From: Raillietiella orientalis
Taxonomy: Eukaryota
Direction of reading: 5' to 3'
Length of the DNA: 43,522 nt
NCBI GenBank assembly: GCA_036172245.1
Contig: JAYWIR010000110.1
Span: 124,001 to 167,522, forward strand
Shown here one piece after another: positions 10,921 to 23,706 of the stretch. Under the pieces are notes generated by a model. That model was not told where the DNA came from, ran no database searches, and saw only the letters and a list, made by a program, of their open reading frames with translations. Position 1 is the stretch's first letter, and each line of letters starts with the position of its first letter. Both the position numbers and the translations under genes were made by a program.

Positions 10921-13900
10921 ATATGTGGTCCGAATTTGCAACTTTTGTGGGTTTGGAATCAATTCCAAACTAGCAGATTTCACCTTTGCACATTTGCGTT
11001 TCTTTACGAAGCATACGTTTTTACTGACCGCAAAATTCCTGTGATGGATAGAAGCAAAAACGTCCATTTTCGTGGGTTCAGATGGACAGTGAGATGAGCC
11101 CGACGTTTCATTAGGGTGGGGCACTGTAGACTCTTTGTCGTTTTCAAGGTAACCAGTGTCGGAATTAGAAAGGAGAGGTTTTCCTTCCCTTTGATTTACT
11201 ATGTGGTCCGAATTTGCAACTTTTCGGGGTTTGGAATCGATTCGAAATCTGCGGATTTCACCTTTGCACTTTTGCGTTTTTCCACGGAGGATCCGTTTCC
11301 AGTGTCGGGAAAATTTCCGTGATGGATATACGCGCAAACGACCATTTTCGTTGGTTCAGAAGGACATTGAGATGAGTCCTACGTTTCATTAGGGTTGGGC
11401 ACTGTGGACTCTGTGTCGTTTTAATGGTAACCAGTGTCGGAATTAAAAAGAAGAGGTTTAACTTCTCTTTGATTCATTCTGTGGTACGAGATTGCTACTT
11501 TTGGGGGTTTGGAATCGATTCGAAATCAGCAGATTTCACCTTTGCACTTTTGCGCCTCTTCACGAAGCTTACGTTTTCAGTGACCGCGAAATTCCTGTGA
11601 TGAATAGAAGCATAAACGTCCATTTTCGTGGGTTCAGAAGGACATTGAGATGAGTCCGACGTTTCATTAGGGTGGGGCACTGTGGACTCTGTGTCGTCTT
11701 CATGGTAACAAGTGTCGGAATTAAAAAGAAGAGGTTTTCCTTCTCTTTGATTCATTCTGTGGTACGAGATTGCATCTTTTGGGGGTTTGGAATCAATTCG
11801 AAATCAGCAGATTTCACCATTGCACTTTTCGCCTATTCACGGAGCATCCGTTTTCAGTGACCGCAAAATTCCTCTGATGGATAGAAGCACAAACGTCCAT
11901 TTTCGTGGGTTCAGAAGGACATTGAGATGAGTCCGACGTTTCATTAGGGTGGAGCACTTTGGACTCTGTGTCGTTTTCATGGTAACCATTGTCGGAATTA
12001 GAAAGAAGGGGCTTTCCTTTTCTTTGATTGATTATGTGGTCCGAATTTGCAACTTTTGAGGGTTTGGAATCAATTCGAAGTCAGTAGATTTCACCTTTGC
12101 AGTTTTGCGTTTTTCCACGGAGGATCCCTTTCCAGTGTCGGGAAAATTCCCGTGATGGATATACTCGCAAACGTTTATTTTCCTGGGTTGAGAAGGACAT
12201 TGAGATGAGTCCGACGTTTCATTAGGGTGGGGCACTGTTTACTCTTTGTAGTTTTCAAGGTAACCAGTGTCGGAATGAGAAAGGAGAGGTTTTCCTTCTC
12301 TTTGATTCATTCTGTGGTACGAGATTGCAACTTTTTGGACTTTGGAATCAATTCGAAATCACCAGATTTCACCTTTGCACTTTTGCGCCTCTGCACGGAG
12401 CATCCGTTTTCAGTGACCGCAAAATTCCTGTGATGGATAGAAGCACAAACGTCCATTTTCGTGGGTTCAGAAGGACATTGAGTTGAGTCCGACGTTTCAT
12501 TAGGGTTAAGCACTGTGGTCTCTGTGTCGTCTTTATGGTAACCAGTGTCGGAATTAGAAAGAAGAGGTTTTCTTTCTCTTTGATTCATTATGTGGTCCGA
12601 ATTTGCAACTTTTGGGGGTTTGGAATTGATTCGAAATCAGCAGATTTCAGCTTTGCACTTTTGCGTTTTTCCACGGAGGTTCCTTTTTCAGCGTCCGGAA
12701 AATTCCCGTGATGGATATACTCGCAAACGTTTATTTTCCTGGGTTGAGAAGGACATTGAGATGAGTCCGACGTTTCATTAGGGTGGGGCACTGTGGACTC
12801 TATGTCGTTTTGATTGTAACCAGTGTCGGAATTAGAAGGAGAGGTTTTCCTTCCCTTTGATTTATTATGTGGTCCGAATTTGCAACTTTTGTGGGTTTGG
12901 AATCAATTCCAAACTAGCAGATTTCACCTTTGCACATTTGCGTTTCTTTACGAAGCATACGTTTTTACTGACCGCAAAATTCCTGTGATGGATAGAAGCA
13001 AAAACGTCCATTTTCGTGGGTTCAGAAGGACATTGAGTTGAGTCCGACGCTTCATTAGGGTTAAGCACTGTGGAATCTGTGTCGTCTTCATGGTAACCAG
13101 TGTCGGAATTAAAAAGAAGAGGTTTAACTTCTCTTTGATTCATTCTGTGGTACGAGATTGCAACTTTTGGGGGTTTGGAATCGATTCGAAATCAGCAGAT
13201 TTCACCTTTGCACTTTTTCGTTTTTCCACGGAGGATCCGTTTTCAGTGACCGGAAAATTTCCGTGATGGATATACGCACAAACGTACCTTTTCGTGGGTT
13301 GTGAAGAACATTGAGATGAGTCCGACGTTTCATTAGTGTGGGGCACTGTGGAATCTGTGTCGTTTTCATGGTAACCAGTGTCGGAATTAGAAAGTAAAGG
13401 TTTTCCTTTTCTTCGATTCGTTATGTGTTCCGAATTTGCAACTTTTGGGGGTTCCGAATCGATTCTAAATCAGCAGATTTCACCTTTGCAATTTTGCGTT
13501 TTTCCACGGAGGATCCGTTTTCAGCGACCAGAAAATTCCCGTGATGTTTACACGCACAATCGTCCATTTCCGTTGCTTCAGAAGGACATTGTGATGAGTC
13601 CGACGTTTCATTAGGGTTGGGCACTGCGGACTCTGTGTCATTTTGATGGTAACCAGTGTCGGAATTAGAAAGAAAAGGTTTTCCCTCTCTTTAATTCATT
13701 ATGTGGTCCGAATTTGCAACTTTTGGGGGTTGGAATCGATTCTAAATCAGCAGATTTCACCTTTGCACTTTTGCGTTTTTCCACGGAGGATCCCTTTTCA
13801 GTGACCGGAAAATTCCCGTGATGGATATACGCACAAACGTACATTTTCGTTGGTTGTGAAGAACATTGAGATGAGTCCGACGTTTCATTAGGGTGGGCCA

Positions 13901-15921
13901 CTGTGGACTCTGTGTCGTTTTCATGGTAACCAGTGTCGGAATTTGAAAGAAGAGGTTTTCCTTCTCTTTGATTCATTATGTGGTCCGAATTTGCAACTTT
14001 TAGGGGTTTGGAATCGATTCGAAATCAGCAGATTTCACCTTTGCACTTTTGCGTTTTTCAACGGAGGATCCGTTTTCAGCGACCAGAAAATTCCTGTGAT
14101 GTTTACACGCACAATCGTCCATTTCCGTTGCTTGAGAAGGACATTGAGATGAGTCCGGCGTTTCATTAGGGTTGGGCACTGCGGACTCTGTGTCATTTTG
14201 ATGGTAACCAGTGTCGGAATTGGAAAGAAGAGGTTTTCCTTCTCTTTGATTCATTATGTGGTCCGAATTTGCAACTTTTGGGGGTTTGGAATCGATTCGA
14301 AATCAGCGGATTTCACCTTTGAACTTTTGCGTTTTTCCACGGAGTATCCCTTTTCAGTGACCGGAAAATTCCCGTGATGGATATACGCACAAACGTACAT
14401 TTTCGTTGGTTGTGAAGAACATTGAGATGAGTCCGACGTTTCATTAGTGTGGGCCACTTTGGACTCTGTGTCGTCTTCATGGTAACCAGTGTCGGAATTA
14501 ACAAGAAGAGGTTTAACTTCTCTTTGATTCATTCTGTGGTACGAGATTGCAACTTTTGGGGGTTTGGAATCGATTCGAAATCAGCAGATTTCACCTTTGC
14601 ACTTTTGCGCCTCTTCACGAAGCATATGTTTTCAGTGACCGCAAAATTCCTGTGATGAATAGAAGCACAAACTTCCATTTTCGTGTGTTCAGAAGGACAT
14701 TGAGTTGAGTCCGACGCTTCATTAGGGTGGAGCACTGTGGACTCTGTGTCGTTTTCATGATAACCAGTGTCGGAATTAGAAAGAAGAGGTTTTCCTTCTC
14801 TTTGATTCATTATGTGGTCCGAATTTGCAACTTTTGGGGGTTTGGAATCGATTCGAAATCAGCAGATTTCACCTTTGCACTTTTGCGTTTTTCCACGGAG
14901 TATCCCTTTTCAGTGACCGGAAAATTCCCGTGATGGATATACGCACAAACGTACATTTTCGTTGGTTGTGAAGAACATTGAGATGAGTCCGACGTTTCAT
15001 TAGTGTGGGCCACTTTGGACTCTGTGTCGTCTTCATGGTAACCAGTGTCGGAATTAACAAGAAGAGGTTTAACTTCTCTTTGATTCATTCTGTGGTACGA
15101 GATTGCAACTTTTGGGGGTTTGGAATCGATTCGAAATCAGCAGATTTCACCTTTGCACTTTTGCGCCTCTTCACGAAGCATACGTTTTCAGTGACCGCAA
15201 AATTCCTGTGATGAATAGAAGCATAAACGTCCATTTTCGTGTGTTCAGAAGGACATTGAGTTGAGTCCGACGCTTCATTAGGGTGGAGCACTGTGGACTC
15301 TGTGTCGTTTTCATGATAACCAGTGTCGGAATTAGCAAGAAGAGGTTTTCCTTCTCTTTGATTCATTATGTGGTCCGAATTTGCAACTTTTGGGGGTTTG
15401 GAATCGATTCGAAATCAGCAGATTTCACCTTTGCACTTTTTCGTTTTTCCACGGAGGTTCCGTTTTCAGATACAGGAAAATTCCCTTGATGGATATACGT
15501 ACAAACGTACATTTTCGTGGGTTGAGAAGGACATTAAGATGAGTCCGACGTTTCATTAGGGTGGGGCACTGTGGACTCTGTGTCGTTTTCATGGTAACCA
15601 GTGTCGGAATTAGAAAGAAGGGGCTTTCCTTTTCTTTGATTCATTATGTGGTCCGAATTTGCAACTTTTAAGGGTTTGGGATCGATTCGAAGTCAGTAGA
15701 TTTCACCTTTGCACTTTTGCGTTTTTCCACGGATGATCCGTTTCCAGTGTCGGGAAAATTTCCGTGATGGATATACGCGCAAACGACCATTTTCGTTGGT
15801 TCAGAAGGACATTGAGATGAGTCCTACGTTTCATTAGGGTTGGGCACTGTGGACTCTGTGTCGTTTTCATGGTAACCAGTGTCGGAATTAGAAAGAAGGG
15901 GCTTTTCTTTTCTTTGATTCA
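10921..15921. repeat. HOR copy 3 (18 monomers, 5001 bp)
   Basis: Same order, with a 3-monomer in-register deletion (chimeric monomer at 11199) and both C-D and E'-D' present (13976-15087). ORFs 11495/12032/13378 match 7051/7588/8934 at offset 4444. Confidence 0.85.
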
Positions 15922-18900
15922 ATATGTGGTCCGAATTTGCAACTTTTGTGGGTTTGGAATCAATTCCAAACTAGCAGATTTCATCTTTGCACATTTGCGT
16001 TTCTTTACGAAGCATACGTTTTTACTGACCGCAAAATTCCTGTGATGGATAGAAGCAAAAACGTCCATTTTCGTGGGTTCAGATGGACAGTGAGATGAGC
16101 CCGACGTTTCATTAGGGTGGGGCACTGTAGACTCTTTGTCGTTTTCAAGGTAACCAGTGTCGGAATTAGAAAGGAGAGGTTTTCCTTCCCTTTGATTTAC
16201 TATGTGGTCCGAATTTGCAACTTTTCGGGGTTTGGAATCGATTCGAAATCTGCGGATTTCACCTTTGCACTTTTGCGTTTTTCCACGGAGGATCCGTTTC
16301 CAGTGTCGGGAAAATTCCCGTGATGAATATACGCGCAAACGTGCATTTTCGAGGGTTCAGAAGGACATTGAGATGAGTCTGACGTTTCATTAGGGTGGGG
16401 CACTGTGGACTCTTTGTCGTTTTCAAGGTAACTAGTGTCGGAATTAAAAAGGAGAGGGTTTTCCTTCCCTTTGATTTATTATGTGGTCCGAATTTGCAAC
16501 TTTTTTGGGTTTGGAATCAATTCGAAATCAGCAGATTTCACCTTTGCACATTTGCGTGTCTTTACGAAGCATACGTTTTTACTGACCGCAAAATTCCTGT
16601 GATGGATAGAAGCAAAAACGTCCATTTTCGTGGGTTCAGAAGGACATTGAGATGAGTCCGACGTTTCATTAGTGTGGGGCACTGTGGACTCTGTGTCGTT
16701 TTCATGATAACCAGTGTCGGAATTAGAAAGAAGAGGTTTTCCTTCTCTTTGATTCATTATGTGGTCCGAATTTGCAACTTTTGGGGGTTTGGAATCGATT
16801 CGAAATCAGCAGATTTCACCTTTGCACTTTTTCGTTTTTCCACGGAGGTTCCGTTTTCAGATACAGGAAAATTCCCTTGAGGGATATACGTACAAACGTA
16901 CATTTTCGTAGGTTGAGAAGGACATTAAGATGAGTCCGACGTTTCATTAGGGTGGGGCACTGTGGACTCTGTGTCGTTTTCATGGTAACCAGTGTCGGAA
17001 TTAGAAAGAAGGGGCTTTCCTTTTCTTTGATTCATTATGTGGTCCGAATTTGCAACTTTTAAGGGTTTGGGATCGATTCGAAGTCAGTAGATTTCACCTT
17101 TGCACTTTTGCGTTTTTCCACGGTTGATCCGTTTCCAGTGTCGGGAAAATTTCCGTGATGGATATACGCGCAAACGACCATTTTCGTTGGTTCAGAAGGA
17201 CATTGAGATGAGTCCTACGTTTCATTAGGGTTGGGCACTGTGGACTCTGTGTCGTTTTCATGGTAACCAGTGTCGGAATTAGAAAGAAGGGGCTTTCCTT
17301 TTCTTTGATTCAATATGTGGTCCGAATTTGCAACTTTTGTGGGTTTGGAATCGATTCGAAATTAGCAGATTTCACCTTTGCACATTTGCGTTTCTTTACG
17401 AACCATACGTTTTTACTGACCGCAAAATTCCTGTGATGGATAGAAGCAAAAACGTGCATTTTCGAGGGTTGTGAAGAACATTGAGATGAGTCCGACGTTT
17501 CATTAGTGTGGGGCACTGTGGAATCTGTGTCGTTTTCATGGTAACCAGTGTCGGAATTCGAAAGAAAAGGTTTTCCTTCTCTTCGATTCGTTATGTGTTC
17601 CGAATTTGCAACTTTTGTGTGTTTGGAATCGATTCTAAAACAGCAGATTTCACCTTTGCACTTTTGGGTTTTTCCACGGAGGATCCGTTTTCAGCGACCA
17701 GAAAATTCCCGTGATGGATATACGCACAATCGTCCATTTCCGTTGCTTCAGAAGGACATTGACATGAGTCCGACGTTTCATTAGGGTTGGTCACTGCGGA
17801 CTCTGTGTCTTTTTGATGGTAACCAGTGTCGCAATTAGAAAGAAGAGGTTTTCCTTCTCTTTAATTCATTATGTGGTCCGAATTTGCAACTTTTGGGGGT
17901 TTGGAATTGATTCGAAATCAGCAGATTTCACCTTTGCACTTTTGCGCCTCTCCACGAAGCATACGTTTTCAGTGACCGCAAAATTCCTGTGATGAATAGA
18001 AGCATAAACGTCCATTTTCGTGGGTTCAGAAGGACATTGAGTTGAGTCCGACGCTTCATTAGGGTTAAGCACTGTGGAATCTGTGTCGTTTTCATGGTAA
18101 CCAGTGTCGAAATTAGAAAGAAGAGGTTTTCCTTCTCTTTGATTCATTATGTGGTCCGAATTTGCAACTTTTAGGGGTTTGGAATCGATTCGAAATCAGC
18201 AGATTTCACCTTTGCAATTTTGCGTTTTTCAACGGAGGATCCGTTTTCAGCGACCAGAAAATTCCTGTGATGTTTACACGCACAATCGTCCATTTCCGTT
18301 GCTTGAGAAGGACATTGAGATGAGTCCGACGCTTCATTAGGGTGGAGCACTGTGGACTCTGTGTCGTTTTCATGATAACCAGTGTCGGAATTAGAAAGAA
18401 GAGGTTTTCCTTCTCTTTGATTCATTATGTGGTCCGAATTTGCAACTTTTGGGGGTTTGGAATCGATTCGAAATCAGCAGATTTCACCTTTGCACTTTTG
18501 CGCCTCTTCACGAAGCATACGTTTTCAGTGACCGCAAAATTCCTGTGATGAATAGAAGCATAAACGTCCATTTTCGTGTGTTCAGAAGGACATTGAGTTG
18601 AGTCCGACGCTTCATTAGGGTGGAGCACTGTGGACTCTGTGTCGTTTTCATGATAACCAGTGTCGGAATTAGCAAGAAGAGGTTTTCCTTCTCTTTGATT
18701 CATTATGTGGTCCGAATTTGCAACTTTTGGGGGTTTGGAATCGATTCGAAATCAGCAGATTTCACCTTTGCACTTTTTCGTTTTTCCACGGAGGTTCCGT
18801 TTTCAGATACAGGAAAATTCCCTTGATGGATATACGTACAAACGTACATTTTCGTGGGTTGAGAAGGACATTAAGATGAGTCCGACGTTTCATTAGGGTG

Positions 18901-21900
18901 GGGCACTGTGGACTCTGTGTCGTTTTCATGGTAACCAGTGTCGGAATTAGAAAGAAGGGGCTTTCCTTTTCTTTGATTCATTATGTGGTCCGAATTTGCA
19001 ACTTTTAAGGGTTTGGGATCGATTCGAAGTCAGTAGATTTCACCTTTGCACTTTTGCGTTTTTCCACGGATGATCCGTTTCCAGTGTCGGGAAAATTTCC
19101 GTGATGGATATACGCGCAAACGACCATTTTCGTTGGTTCAGAAGGACATTGAGATGAGTCCTACGTTTCATTAGGGTTGGGCACTGTGGACTCTGTGTCG
19201 TTTTGATAGTAACCAGTGTCGGAATTAGAAAGAAGGGGCTTTTCTTTTCTTTGATTCAATATGTGGTCCGAATTTGCAACTTTTGGGGGTTGGAATCGAT
19301 TCTAAATCAGCAGATTTCACCTTTGCACTTTTGCGTTTTTCCACGGAGGATCCCTTTTCAGTGACCGGAAAATTCCCGTGATGGATATACCCACAAACGT
19401 ACATTTTCGTTGGTTGTGAAGAACATTGAGATGAGTCAGACGTTCCATTAGTGTGGGCCACTGTGGACTCTGTGTCGTTTTCATGGTAACCAGTGTCCAA
19501 ATTAGAAAGAAGAGGTTTTCCTTCTCTTTGATTCATTATGTGGTCCGAATTTGCAACTTTTAGGGGTTTGGAATCGATTCGAAATCAGCAGATTTCACCT
19601 TTGCAATTTTGCGTTTTTCAACGGAGGATCCGTTTTCAGCGACCAGAAAATTCCTGTGATGTTTACACGCACAATCGTCCATTTCCGTTGCTTGAGAAGG
19701 ACATTGAGATGAGTCCGGCGTTTCATTAGGGTTGGGCACTGCGGACTCTGTGTCATTTTGATGGTAACCAGTGTCGGAATTGGAAAGAAGAGGTTTTCCC
19801 TCTCTTTAGTTCATTATGTGGTCCGAATTTGCAACTTTTGGGGGTTTGGAATCGATTCGAAATCAGCGGATTTCACCTTTGAACTTTTGCGTTTTTCCAC
19901 GGAGTATCCCTTTTCAGTGACCGGAAAATTCCCGTGATGGATATACGCACAAACGTACATTTTCGTTGGTTGTGAAGAACATTGAGATGAGTCCGACGTT
20001 TCATTAGTGTGGGCCACTTTGGACTCTGTGTCGTCTTCATGGTAACCAGTGTCGGAATTAACAAGAAGAGGTTTAACTTCTCTTTGATTCATTCTGTGGT
20101 ACGAGATTGCAACTTTTGGGGGTTTGGAATCGATTCGAAATCAGCAGATTTCACCTTTGCACTTTTGCGCCTCTTCACGAAGCATATGTTTTCAGTGACC
20201 GCAAAATTCCTGTGATGAATAGAAGCACAAACTTCCATTTTCGTGTGTTCAGAAGGACATTGAGTTGAGTCCGACGCTTCATTAGGGTGGAGCACTGTGG
20301 ACTCTGTGTCGTTTTCATGATAACCAGTGTCGGAATTAGAAAGAAGAGGTTTTCCTTCTCTTTGATTCATTATGTGGTCCGAATTTGCAACTTTTGGGGG
20401 TTTGGAATCGATTCGAAATCAGCAGATTTCACCTTTGCACTTTTGCGTTTTTCCACGGAGTATCCCTTTTCAGTGACCGGAAAATTCCCGTGATGGATAT
20501 ACGCACAAACGTACATTTTCGTTGGTTGTGAAGAACATTGAGATGAGTCCGACGTTTCATTAGTGTGGGCCACTTTGGACTCTGTGTCGTCTTCATGGTA
20601 ACCAGTGTCGGAATTAACAAGAAGAGGTTTAACTTCTCTTTGATTCATTCTGTGGTACGAGATTGCAACTTTTGGGGGTTTGGAATCGATTCGAAATCAG
20701 CAGATTTCACCTTTGCACTTTTGCGCCTCTTCACGAAGCATACGTTTTCAGTGACCGCAAAATTCCTGTGATGAATAGAAGCATAAACGTCCATTTTCGT
20801 GTGTTCAGAAGGACATTGAGTTGAGTCCGACGCTTCATTAGGGTGGAGCACTGTGGACTCTGTGTCGTTTTCATGATAACCAGTGTCGGAATTAGCAAGA
20901 AGAGGTTTTCCTTCTCTTTGATTCATTATGTGGTCCGAATTTGCAACTTTTGGGGGTTTGGAATCGATTCGAAATCAGCAGATTTCACCTTTGCACTTTT
21001 TCGTTTTTCCACGGAGGTTCCGTTTTCAGATACAGGAAAATTCCCTTGATGGATATACGTACAAACGTACATTTTCGTGGGTTGAGAAGGACATTAAGAT
21101 GAGTCCGACGTTTCATTAGGGTGGGGCACTGTGGACTCTGTGTCGTTTTCATGGTAACCAGTGTCGGAATTAGAAAGAAGGGGCTTTCCTTTTCTTTGAT
21201 TCATTATGTGGTCCGAATTTGCAACTTTTAAGGGTTTGGGATCGATTCGAAGTCAGTAGATTTCACCTTTGCACTTTTGCGTTTTTCCACGGATGATCCG
21301 TTTCCAGTGTCGGGAAAATTTCCGTGATGGATATACGCGCAAACGACCATTTTCGTTGGTTCAGAAGGACATTGAGATGAGTCCTACGTTTCATTAGGGT
21401 TGGGCACTGTGGACTCTGTGTCGTTTTCATGGTAACCAGTGTCGGAATTAGAAAGAAGGGGCTTTTCTTTTCTTTGATTCAATATGTGGTCCGAATTTGC
21501 AACTTTTGTGGGTTTGGAATCAATTCCAAACTAGCAGATTTCATCTTTGCACATTTGCGTTTCTTTACGAAGCATACGTTTTTACTGACCGCAAAATTCC
21601 TGTGATGGATAGAAGCAAAAACGTCCATTTTCGTGGGTTCAGATGGACAGTGAGATGAGCCCGACGTTTCATTAGGGTGGGGCACTGTAGACTCTTTGTC
21701 GTTTTCAAGGTAACCAGTGTCGGAATTAGAAAGGAGAGGTTTTCCTTCCCTTTGATTTACTATGTGGTCCGAATTTGCAACTTTTCGGGGTTTGGAATCG
21801 ATTCGAAATCTGCGGATTTCACCTTTGCACTTTTGCGTTTTTCCACGGAGGATCCGTTTCCAGTGTCGGGAAAATTCCCGTGATGAATATACGCGCAAAC

Positions 21901-23706
21901 GTGCATTTTCGAGGGTTCAGAAGGACATTGAGATGAGTCTGACGTTTCATTAGGGTGGGGCACTGTGGACTCTTTGTCGTTTTCAAGGTAACTAGTGTCG
22001 GAATTAAAAAGGAGAGGGTTTTCCTTCCCTTTGATTTATTATGTGGTCCGAATTTGCAACTTTTTTGGGTTTGGAATCAATTCGAAATCAGCAGATTTCA
22101 CCTTTGCACATTTGCGTGTCTTTACGAAGCATACGTTTTTACTGACCGCAAAATTCCTGTGATGGATAGAAGCAAAAACGTCCATTTTCGTGGGTTCAGA
22201 AGGACATTGAGATGAGTCCGACGTTTCATTAGTGTGGGGCACTGTGGACTCTGTGTCGTTTTCATGATAACCAGTGTCGGAATTAGAAAGAAGAGGTTTT
22301 CCTTCTCTTTGATTCATTATGTGGTCCGAATTTGCAACTTTTGGGGGTTTGGAATCGATTCGAAATCAGCAGATTTCACCTTTGCACTTTTTCGTTTTTC
22401 CACGGAGGTTCCGTTTTCAGATACAGGAAAATTCCCTTGAGGGATATACGTACAAACGTACATTTTCGTAGGTTGAGAAGGACATTAAGATGAGTCCGAC
22501 GTTTCATTAGGGTGGGGCACTGTGGACTCTGTGTCGTTTTCATGGTAACCAGTGTCGGAATTAGAAAGAAGGGGCTTTCCTTTTCTTTGATTCATTATGT
22601 GGTCCGAATTTGCAACTTTTAAGGGTTTGGGATCGATTCGAAGTCAGTAGATTTCACCTTTGCACTTTTGCGTTTTTCCACGGTTGATCCGTTTCCAGTG
22701 TCGGGAAAATTTCCGTGATGGATATACGCGCAAACGACCATTTTCGTTGGTTCAGAAGGACATTGAGATGAGTCCTACGTTTCATTAGGGTTGGGCACTG
22801 TGGACTCTGTGTCGTTTTCATGGTAACCAGTGTCGGAATTAGAAAGAAGGGGCTTTCCTTTTCTTTGATTCAATATGTGGTCCGAATTTGCAACTTTTGT
22901 GGGTTTGGAATCGATTCGAAATTAGCAGATTTCACCTTTGCACATTTGCGTTTCTTTACGAACCATACGTTTTTACTGACCGCAAAATTCCTGTGATGGA
23001 TAGAAGCAAAAACGTGCATTTTCGAGGGTTGTGAAGAACATTGAGATGAGTCCGACGTTTCATTAGTGTGGGGCACTGTGGAATCTGTGTCGTTTTCATG
23101 GTAACCAGTGTCGGAATTCGAAAGAAAAGGTTTTCCTTCTCTTCGATTCGTTATGTGTTCCGAATTTGCAACTTTTGTGTGTTTGGAATCGATTCTAAAA
23201 CAGCAGATTTCACCTTTGCACTTTTGGGTTTTTCCACGGAGGATCCGTTTTCAGCGACCAGAAAATTCCCGTGATGGATATACGCACAATCGTCCATTTC
23301 CGTTGCTTCAGAAGGACATTGACATGAGTCCGACGTTTCATTAGGGTTGGTCACTGCGGACTCTGTGTCTTTTTGATGGTAACCAGTGTCGCAATTAGAA
23401 AGAAGAGGTTTTCCTTCTCTTTAATTCATTATGTGGTCCGAATTTGCAACTTTTGGGGGTTTGGAATTGATTCGAAATCAGCAGATTTCACCTTTGCACT
23501 TTTGCGCCTCTCCACGAAGCATACGTTTTCAGTGACCGCAAAATTCCTGTGATGAATAGAAGCATAAACGTCCATTTTCGTGGGTTCAGAAGGACATTGA
23601 GTTGAGTCCGACGCTTCATTAGGGTTAAGCACTGTGGAATCTGTGTCGTTTTCATGGTAACCAGTGTCGAAATTAGAAAGAAGAGGTTTTCCTTCTCTTT
23701 GATTCA
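13699..23706. repeat. Duplication with 20-monomer (5560-bp) period: 13699-18146 vs 19259-23706
   Basis: Identical ORF translations at constant offset 5560 (14313/19873, 15919/21479, 16395/21955, 17548/23108, 17869/23429). Shared private SNPs include tcatcttt, tgcgtgtc, cccttgaggga and cggttgatcc. Confidence 0.9.
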
